Source: Tubulanus polymorphus
Taxonomy: Eukaryota; Animalia; Nemertea
NCBI RefSeq assembly: GCF_964204645.1
Contig: NC_134025.1
Coordinates: 21,554,199-21,618,198 of the forward strand
Length of the DNA stretch: 64,000 nt
Direction of reading: 5' to 3'
The notes beneath the pieces were generated by a model, which saw only the letters and a program-made list of their open reading frames with translations, made no database searches and was not told where the DNA came from. Below are positions 1 to 10,800 of this stretch, piece after piece; position 1 is the first letter of the stretch, and each line of letters starts with the position of its first letter. Made by a program: the position numbers and the translations under genes.

Positions 1-121
1 GGAACTATGTCCCGAGTTTTGATTCGAGAGATTAGGAAGGTTTAATGGTCTTATTGAGAAGACGAGGGTGTCGTCCGTGGTTTAGGTCTTCATATAAATT
101 CTATATAAATAATCGAAGTTT

Positions 122-3100
122 TCACTCCGCTTTACCGCGGGTTTTGTACGCGTTTTCCCAGATATCGGACAAACAGATCGAGGCCTGAAACCGGTAGAAT
201 ATGACTAAAGGCGAGAACATCCGCGTGATCATACTCCAGGGAATTATACCGAAATAATCTGAGAACAAATCCTGATCATCGGCGTTTGCGAACAAAAACG
301 TAGCCGACATCCACATGGAAAAATTCACGCATATGAGCAACGTGATCACATTTTGACCCGGTTTCTTTTCGGCGTGTTCGGTTTTATGGGCGCTACGACT
401 GAACCCGTCCAGAACCGTATAAGTTTGCAAGGTACTCTGACCCATGCATAAGATGGATTGTACCAGGAAAAATACGCCGTAATTGAATTCGTCGCCAGTT
501 CTGATGGCGTTTATAGCTCCCAACATGATGAACAGATACAGCGCGTAGACGCCCGCCTGCGTTATAATGAGCAACGAGCCATCAAAATTATCTTCCTCCA
601 AACCTACGTATTTCAAATCCCTCAGTAACATGTAAACGAAAATGCCGGCAGATGCGGCAATCATAATCAACAAAATCTCCATGACCAAAAATGTATATTC
701 CATATTACCGGAGGCGGTATGGTAAACGATAACTCCGATTAAAGTCAAAATCATAATGACCACACCCACGATTAAACCCACGTATGCCCTGCCACATCTT
801 TTGTGCCAAATTGTTTTATCGCAGAACGGCGCCGATGGTTCGTCCGTGTCGGATTCCACGACGGTTCGTTCACTGAATCCTTTGCCGACGTTCAGGTACA
901 TGATGTAAGCCGCTCCAGCCCCGAACAGTCCGTATTCGACGACGCACGGATAGATGAATCCAACCGCTTTGTCGTAGTACGCTCCGCCCGAGTGACAGAC
1001 GTCGGTTTCATTACGTTCCTCTGAAAGAATACGCCATCTTTAGACAGACATGGAACGCAGATATTTAGATATTTAAGTCTTGTAATGAAAAAAAGTCTTG
1101 AGTGTCAAAACTAAACAAAACGCCAAGGCAAACATTTCAGATCCTCTATTTGTTATATTTACATATACCGCTCATCAAATGCCCTCTCAATTTCTTAACG
1201 CTCGATTATCTTGTCAATTTTTCAATCAAATTCTTCTCATCTCAATGCTACATCTATTACTCGTATGGTCTATAACTTAAGGCAACACATGTTAGCCGAA
1301 ACATGTCCACAATATTTTTTGAATATATGTAAATATAACCAAAAAAGGATCTAAAATAGAACGATAACCACATTCAAACGTGGTGAATGATAATAAGATG
1401 AAAACCCACTATCTACAGATTAAAAGAATTTAAAAACAAGAATCTATTTATTCAATCTAAAATATATAGAATACATGACGATCTCAGTCATTTCGATCTC
1501 ACCCTGGAGATCATCGTCAGGTGATAAATTCTTTTAATCTGTAGATAGTGGGTTTTTTGGGATCTTATTAATGATCTAAAATGTTTGCTTTGACATTTTG
1601 TTCATTTATATCTTAGGCTAGTTTATTTCGTATCAAAGTTACCCATAAGGAAATGTAATGATGAACTGACTCGCAAATTTGAAAATCGTATTTTGTCCGT
1701 ATTTTTCTATGACATTATCCTACTTACCGGTTAACTTTTTGCGAACATCAGCGACCGTTTCGTGGGTGGTGGCCGACAACCACAGGGCCAGATTCGTGGC
1801 GACTAGGTGCATCATGCAGAAACGCACAAAAGGTTTACACCGATTCACAACTAACTATTGTTTAAGAAAAAGAAAATCTACGTGATCGGGAAAACAACCA
1901 TAAAATCTGCCATACGTGTTATTGACAAGAATACATCACAGAGAAAGACAAAACCCTAGGTAGGACGGCTGATTCCAAACTGTAATGGAAATAGGGTTTT
2001 TGCATAAGCCACGATTTGGCCCGGGCCAAATTGGCACGACGGATCAGACCCAAGTCAAAATGGGTCCGTGCCTAATAAGTTCACACGCAAACCACTCACT
2101 CGATGCTAAACAACAAAGCGAGACGAGTCATTTCCGCAACCAGATGTAATTCGCACGCAATGATCTTGACCCATGTTTAAATTTGGGCCAGGTCCGACGT
2201 TTTTGGTCGGGCCGAATTGGCACGGGCCCGTTTGGCAGCCGTGTGAACAGTTGTTCCGGGCCAAATTTGGTACGGGCCAAAAACGCTTGCGGGATCGCGG
2301 CTATGGTTTAATCGTCAAAATGTATATATTATAATTATTTCCTAACTACTAAATTCGAGTGACAGGCGACATGAGTACGAGATGGGTTGTTTGTCATAGA
2401 CAGTATTGATTCAGTAATTATTGAGTATTTAGCAATTAACAGCTTTGCAGCTATTAATTGTTGTCATCATTTTTAGGATGGTTTATTGTCAATTTAGCGG
2501 TCTGATGACATATTTTCATGTCACAGTTTGAATGACGACCAGACACCTCACAACACTGTACTCATATCTACGATAAATATCAAGTAAACCGAATTGGTCG
2601 GAGAATTGGAGTTGAGTCAGATAGGCTGTATAGTCTAGAGACTCAACGTCTTACGACCTGCAAGTCGTGAGCTCCGGATATCATAACACCAAGGTTTACC
2701 AAGAACCATAGTGTCTGACGTACCACAACGACGATGACAATGATTGGCATTAAACCTTTTCCAATACCTCCCCGTGAAGCCTATTCATGGCCAGACGAAG
2801 AAAGCGATTATTGTGGAGTAGCAACTTGTGGGGTAATAATCATTTTACTCCAAGGTCGCACGAATAGCAACAACCATACTATTTCGTATAATCGACGATT
2901 CCCCTAGATTCCAAGTGGTTGGGAAACAACCAATTATCTTAATTAGCTTGTTTTTTTATATAATTCAAATCAATATCAGTTATCGTTATCGACAGTACCT
3001 GGTGATACTTAACGAAAAGAACAGTCTGCATTACGACGAAAATCACCATTATGCCGTTAGCTACCTGCTTATACAAAGGGTAACAATCGCGCGGAATAAC

Positions 3101-5880
3101 ACCTTCATACGGCGCTATCAAACGTAATTCGCAGAATGTGATGCTACCGAGCGCGAATACTACAATGAATCGAAATAAGAACAATTATAAATATTTCTTA
3201 TGGTCTATGGAATAGAATGTGATTGTTCGTATAACACCTACCTATACCGCCGATTCGATAGTACAAATTAGACCCTTCGCCGCCTAAACAAACCTCTGGG
3301 TAGACCCATTCGCCTTCGGCAATTCGTTCTCTTTCGCTTAGCTCGATTCCGTCGGACCCTGGTACTCTTTGCAAGCTACTGAATTCTATGTTCCATCCGG
3401 GATTGGGTTGCACTTGAGTCTGGGGTTCCACAGTCGATGGTTTCGGTTTTGCTCGTCTGACCAAGTCGATGAACACGTAAAGCATAGCGCCGATCGCGCA
3501 GATGAACAGAACTATTTGATAGGACTTCAATGAAAAATAAAACCGGTTCAGTTTTAAATCAAACTTTAGTACAAAACCTAAATGAAAATAGATAAAACTT
3601 TTTAGAATGATATCAAGGGAAATTTTCAAAACTACGATATTATTTCTTATGCACGTTGCTTGCTAAAAGTCACAGATTGTCCAAGGTGAATATTGTGAAA
3701 AACATCAAGGAAAATTTGAAATATTCTAAAACTTTTGTTTTTTCAACACAAGAATATTGAAGTATCTTATTGAGTTTTGTTGTTAAAATCAAATTTGGGG
3801 GATTTTTAACAAGGGGGAATTATTACCTGTTACCACCCTTATCAAGACACAATATCAAAGGTCCCCCGAATATAATTTCGAACTATTCTTTGAAATTATG
3901 GCAAGCAAAGGGTTTCTTTCCATTTAGTATAATAGATATTTCCCTTGCTGGTAAGTTTATTTATGTATGATAGTATATACAGATAATTCAACCACGTGTA
4001 TCAATATAGAGTTATAATAACAAACCCTGGCCTGAAAAAACGAGAATGGAACCCAACCCATTACTTCATAATGTGATAACATATACAGAAATTGGACGAA
4101 TTTCACCCTGGATTTCAATGGCACTACATGGAGAGGGGGATGTTGTCCGAGGGCTATTAACGTGTAAGATATCAACCAAAGATTAACATCATCATTCACT
4201 GCTTAAATGCTACGTACGCGAAGGCAAATGCAACTACTTAATGATTCCATTTGCTTTTAATGAGTGACCTGGGACCAATGTTTGTTATTGAAATGAGCCG
4301 TGCTTGGAATTACAGTTAGGCACAAAAGGGGCTTATTTACAGACGAAAGGGGTCGGAAATGATTTGTTTATGCAGCACGGTTCTTATTGTATTTTTCTAA
4401 TGACAGCGCAGGAGAGTTCAATCATCACTTTTTGCAACGGAGGGACTATTAGTTATGGTTCCGGAAGCAAAAGCGCCGGTAGTTATTTCGTGAACGACCT
4501 AAGAATATGAAAAGAGTCTGCGCGGTAATCAATAGGTGAACCCTGGTACTGATATTTATATAACTGGGTCGACGAATTCAAAAGCACTTGACTACCATAT
4601 TTGCGCGTTCAATGCGACACGTATATGTCGAATTAATGAAGAGATATACGAACAGTCGACACGCGTAAGCCCCGAAGGAAAAACATGCTATGAAACAAGT
4701 TTTGAAAAAAGCATAAGCGTAAGTGGCAAAAACTTAGATAGAACTTATAGACAGTTAATGCATAATGCGTATAGTCCCTTGCGATATATTGTAGTCTACA
4801 ACTTGGGGTCTATAGAATGACAAAGCACGTACCTCGGTGTAATAGCCAGATATATCGATTGAGTTGGTTAAAGCATCGCTAATTGGAAAAACTACCCCGA
4901 AACTGCACAGTATCAGACAGTAGAGACCACACGTAACTCTTGTAGCCGCCTTTCTGAAATTAAAAGAACACAAGAAAACTACAGACGCAAACAGATAAGA
5001 ACGGTATATTTTGACCATTACCAAACAACACATTCTACTAAATTCGAAGAAATTTTGATTGGCTTCATACTAAAGTAGTAGTTAGTTTCCCGACGAGAGT
5101 TCAGTTAAGTTCAATATACTTGTTTCTAGACAGAAAAGTCTCAAAAACGGAACTCAATAAAGCTTACGCATTGTTTTTCGTATCGTCATAGCAATCTCTA
5201 TCGAATATCGTTTTTTACATTCACCGGGCGCATGGAAAAATTCCGCGAATAATTCAGAGAAATTTTCTTATGATATTACTACGAGACCGGGGTAATCAAA
5301 AACGTATAGGGGCAAAGTTTAGGTGACGTTGATAGAGTTTCGAACCACAAACGTTTCGGCCATGGCCGTCGATGCGTAAGCAAACCTTCGAGATTTTATC
5401 TCAAGAATTTCAAGAGTGAGATTTCTGTATTTATATACGGTTGACGTGCATTTGAGTGTTTCATTTGACTGAAAGTGACGTTCTTCAGTGACACGTTACT
5501 CCCACTCGATGCGGCGTTTACGAAGATTCAAATATCGTGTCGATACATTAAATATTAACACATCACACACACATATGAAGGCAGGCTTAGCAGCGATTTT
5601 ATATATAGTTCGGTCGAGAGAGGTAAACATATGTATGAGTTATGCACTGTTGTTTTCGCGTAGAAAAAAAAAAGTGCTAAGCAAAGCTTCGGCACGCGAA
5701 TTTATATACGCAAATCTTTGGAAAATGTCTCGAGGCATCATGCATAATCAAATCAAATAACCAAAAATCTACTTACTTTTCACGTCGACTTATTATTTCA
5801 GTTCTCGCTAACTGCAACTTGAATTTTTTTGTGAATTTGCTCAACGGTTGAGCAGCGTTACTACTCACGCTATCTTCCAT
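122..5880 (-). CDS. OTOP: Otopetrin-family proton channel, 6 coding exons, about 564 aa
   Basis: Exons 5777-5880, 4833-4953, 3242-3524, 2999-3159, 1728-1854 and 122-1020; all introns GT-AG with consistent phase (1695 nt). Otopetrin motifs: RFCMMHLVATNLALW, IYPCVVEY, CGRAYVGL, KKPGQNVITLLICVNFSMW, SPLVIFYRFQ...DIWENAYK. The first exon is the least certain. Confidence 0.93.
1401..1556. repeat. Inverted repeat enclosing a degenerate hammerhead-like motif (Penelope-like pLTR remnant)
   Basis: AAAACCCACTATCTACAGATTAAAAGAATTTA (1401-1432) is the reverse complement of about 1525-1556. The minus strand inside reads CTGACGA-T-GATCTC-CAGGGT-GAGATC-GAAA. Confidence 0.6.
2007..2302. mobile_element. MITE (PIF/Harbinger-like) with internal GGCCCG/GGCACG repeats
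   Basis: Ends AGCCACGAT...ATCGCGGCT; repeated TTTGGCACGGGCC-type units; related partial copy at about 32045-32181 sharing GTCCGACGTTTT(T)GGTCGGGCC and GATCGCGGCT. Confidence 0.55.
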
Positions 5881-6025
5881 TCTCAACCCGTTCGCTTTAG
5901 TGCGCGCTTCCTACTACGTGTATTGGGCCTATACTATCGGTACTCTCCCTGTCGCGGCCAAGGCCTCTCAAGGCTCTTTTGTACGCGTTAGCGTTTGATC
6001 CCGCCAGGTTTTTCTACACACGAGC

Positions 6026-6032
6026 TTTTATA
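6026..6032 (-). promoter_or_regulatory. Candidate TATA box for the otopetrin gene
   Basis: TATAAAA on the minus strand about 150 bp upstream of the predicted ATG at 5880. Confidence 0.4.
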
Positions 6033-7884
6033 ATATCTTTTGAAATAGAATATGTTGCGTGTACATAGACGTGTTGTGTGGCTTTTTGTATGCGGGAGAT
6101 AGCTTCGACGCATTGTGGAACAAAATATATATAATCGATACATAGTGAAGTGACAGCTGTGAAATAAGTAAATAATTACTTCTCAAAGTAGTTTTGATAA
6201 TGGATTATTTAGTTGAAAATATATTTTATGTGTCTTTTTGAATTAATTTTTTTACTGAGTACACTTGGTGTTTCAATGATTGAGCCACAATACCGTTTTA
6301 GATTTGATTACGTATTTGGTAGACTTTGGTAGTTTAAAAAGGAGCAGTGAAATAACGCGAAATTGAAATTTAGAATTCATCCATTTTACACGAATTCTGA
6401 AGAAAGTGTTTCTGTAAAGCCAGGAAATGAAACAACTGTTAGACGATAATTTTGCAATGCAGTGGATCTAGCTATCGCTGATCTTCTTCACCACAGGGGC
6501 CAGTTGCTGAGACACGACCGATTCGGAAGCAATTCGACATCTTAATTCCCTCGATAGAGTTTAGACTTATTCAAATATCTCTTCCTCAAGATGATGAACA
6601 ATGCATCGGAACCGTCACGATTTGTGTTGTCCTCGAAATACGGCTTTCGTGACCCGAGCTGATGACGGCTGCCGAACAAAACAAATCCACATACCAACAA
6701 ACGAAACACGGTGAATTATTTAAACTCAAAGAATTTAAAGTTTACTATATCATAATTATACAGATATATATATAATGCCTTGACGATCATATTGGAATAT
6801 CATTATTACATATACATACTATATATTTACACCTAATATGATCCGCTATGATTGGAACTTCACGGTAGTTATATCTATTAATACATATATATTTATAGAT
6901 GATAAAGGTATGCTGTTTTTCAAATCAAATGTCGAACACACACTTGACTATCGATGATATCATTTTTACGCGACATATGACGAATCTCTCAACACGGACA
7001 TTTTTAAAATCTAACGATAAACTACAGTTACGGTGGGATTCATATACACATTGTTTTCGTTTTCTATTTGCATTTTCAGTGGTTTTTTCTATCTTCATTC
7101 TGTGATTCGTAAGTCATTTGAATTCGTCATATCATGGACGTATATAAACTCGTTTTACGTCCATGGTCATATGTATACACGTGTGTATTGTGGGTATCTG
7201 GACTTTATCAAGGGTGCTTCAAAAATTGCCCGGTAGTGTACATCACTACACCGACCAAATCCACGATTTCGACTTTTCTCTTTTTGCTTCAAGCAAAGTA
7301 ATGGCGATATTACAAGCTAAACGTTCATGCTCTACCCCTAGTACGGAATCCATAATTGATAGAGAAATCTACGAATGTATATATATCATTATGCTACCGT
7401 CGTATTATTTTGCCTGGTTCACTGCTTGATTATTATTTATAGCTGGATGGACAGTTCCCAAGCGATAAGTTCTATATTCGCGGTTTACTGTACATGAAAT
7501 TGGCTTGCCATGAATATGTGCATAATATCAATCTTTATCCAAATGGACATCGATGTTCCTATCGGAGTACGTCTACTCCGTATCCTGACTATTCTATCGT
7601 GTGGTTAATTGCATTTAGAGAACGGGATTTTCAAAGAATATGAAATGCTGCATTTCGTTCGGCGAATTGAGAGTGTGTCAGGGTGTAGACGCCCGTAAAC
7701 ATAACATAACTGGAAGTACTAAATGTTTTTTTCGTATGATAGACCCCGTTACTGGAGACAATGCGTTGATTCAAATATAGTTTTGGATGCGTTCGAACAA
7801 ATGATTCATAAAGCGCCCTGTCTTTTAGCGAATTTTCCGTAGTGTGCGATCATGCGTGTACCAGATATCACGCGGCTCAGGCGT

Positions 7885-10800
7885 CTAGAACTCCAGACAC
7901 ATCGGGGCGTTGACGTAGCCGAATATGTTGAATTCGATGAGAACGGAAAATATCACGAATATAACGTACACAATTAAAAACAGAACACCGAGCTTCTTGT
8001 CGATTTTCCAGCCGTAAAAATGTATCGAGCCAAGCTGAAAAACGAAAACAAATAATGCTTAATATACCGAATATTTATATAACGCGCTTAACCATATTTC
8101 TCGACGTGTATTGAAAGGCGCAGAAAAGTTAGCCGTTATTAGAAAGCCAGAAACGAGACACGGATGAATATAATTTGTGTCGCCCTCTAAAGGACGCCAT
8201 CGTATATGGATTTTCGATATCATCTATTTATGTCTTTTTATATATGATATATCAAAGATAGACAAAAGACCTAATCAACTATTACTGTATCTGCTAAGTC
8301 ATGTAGCCTACACGTAGCTTTGAATCTACGTCCTTAAATTATTCAGTCGTATTATTATACGTTTTTCCATTTGAATGTGGATTTTGTTTGTAATTTGTAT
8401 TCTCTTTTTCCTCTTGTAGTCGTTACTTTTTGTTCGAAATAAAGACTTAAAATTATTCTTAAAGCATTAAAAAAATATCCTTACCGTAAATATTACAGTA
8501 AGGAATAGAAGTACAACGGAAAACACCATTCCATTGCTGTTGATATGAACCTGCGGAGTATTAAAAAAAGATGCGGTGTGCTGCATTAATCCTGGTTGAA
8601 AATCGTTTTCGTTCGATTTCGGATTACTGAAGGTAATTACGGTTTTTGATACGTACAACACTGCCAGCAGAAGATAAACCAGTTTTGATAAACCACGGAA
8701 AGGCAAGTCCTATAAGTATATCAAAAACGTTGCTTCCTATTGTGTTTGATACTGCCATATCTCCCAGACCTGAAGGAAATAAAATTGAAAATAGAATTAT
8801 AAGATTATTATGGATCTTGTGAGTGAATTTGACTAAATCATCGCTTGGGATATATTGCATACCCTGTCTGGCTACAATTACGCTAGCCATAGCGTCTGGT
8901 ATACTAGTACCCGCAGCTAGAAACGTAATACCCATTATGCTATCGGGTATACCTAATGTAAAACCTATCAAGGTAACCTGAAAGAGAAAAGGTATCAAAG
9001 GGTGATAAAACTGATTGGACATGTTTAAGATAGATAATGCATTTGATTATGTTAAGACTGATTGGACGATACTACGGCAAATACGCGATATAGATGTACC
9101 GTTCCTATACATTATCTTTACTTACCATCCAAACCATAACGTATGAAAAGGTAGCGATCCACACGATTGACATAATAAACGTGCCTATGAACCATTTCTC
9201 CCAACTAAAATAATTCAACCAATCTGTTAAAAATGTTTTCATTTATGTATGGCGAAAAGAAAACACAGAGAAACACAGAAAACACATACGTGCATCTCTT
9301 ATTTATCACCTCAAGAAAAAAAATCTTTATAGAGAAGAATACTTGACAGAAAACTGTGTGTTGATTGTAACAAAAATCTTAGTAGTTTAATTAGTCAACA
9401 TTAATTTTCATAATTACAATAGTCAAGTTTAGCAGGCACTTGTCTATTGGGATCACGGTACCTTTGTTTTCTACAGTCTGGCGTGGTAAAATAGAGAACT
9501 ATTCGAATAGGGTAAGATACTGCCCAGGTGAGCACCGAAAATACGCCACTATCTGCAAAGATCATTGAAGATGTAATATATTAGAATGTGAGAAATATGT
9601 ATTGAGACTCCTTGATTCGATTTTGAGATGTTGATTTGAATTTGAATTTATGTAATCAATTAAAAGTCTTCAGGTGACTGTATGCATTATGGTTTACGAA
9701 AATAAATATTATCATTATCATTATAGTGATATCCGAAATCTGGCAGTTTTTTCGAGTTATCGAATTACGGTAATTGATATGATTATCATTTTTCTCTACC
9801 TAAAATATCCGTTTTTTTCTAATGGCTAAAAGGACGGCATGTAAAGTATTATCTGAATGTAGATAGATAGGAAATAGAGCGCGTGAAATTCAAGTGTGAG
9901 ATTAACATACCTAATGAAGGAAGCCTTTTCCACTCATCTAAGTCTGTTTCATCTTCGGCCATCGAAAGACTAAACAATAAGAAAACTTAACTTAACAGTT
10001 TATTGACGCCTTGAATAAACAACTTATATATTGCTTAATACTGTCGATAAAACATAATATGGTATACGATTATATAATATTAAGGACCAATAAAGTTACT
10101 TTGAATTTCAATATATGGACAATTGAATTGAATTGACCGGCAACCAGCTTAGCCCCGATGACGTAGTGCACATCTCAAAAATAATTATCAAAATTTATCA
10201 AATACAAAATAAGAATTAAGAAAATTACAAAATAAAGCCACAATTCACAATTGCAATTGTTATTCTGAAATGCCAACACTGAGAACCCCAAATAACATGT
10301 ATTAGTTATTCAATGTGTAAAATGTATAAAGTTTATTGTAACGGTTATTTGGAATATACCGGTAAATGATAACAGTAAACCCATTTATATCAAAATGTAT
10401 ATCTTGCTCGGCGAAGAAGAGTGTTTCGTCATGATAGTTAACATTTGTACACATATAGTCAAAATATTACGTATGAAAATGAAAACTTGAACCTCGACTG
10501 ATGATGTGAAATCTTGTCTGCTTGTCCCAGAAATACGTATACGATGAAAATATATTTACCATCTAACAGCTTTAGTATACGAAGCCATGCTACTTTCGAA
10601 ACTATGCGTTTTCCATTTGTGTCGCTTCATAAAAGCGGGATCACGTAGCAGACGCTTCCGCTGTAAAAGCAAAACAAAACAAAAAGGTATCATTACGTCG
10701 TTTATCTGGATAAAGGTCAGGATGATGGTTATAGCAGGTAAATATTTCAACAGCTCGAATCTATAGTCACAGATACATTGATCTTTTGTACACGAACCTC

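Noticed and set aside
5168-5233. Alternative otopetrin first exon with a GTAAG donor at 5167
   Set aside because: Its ATG frame ends in phase 1 but the next exon needs phase 2; 5777-5880 fits instead.
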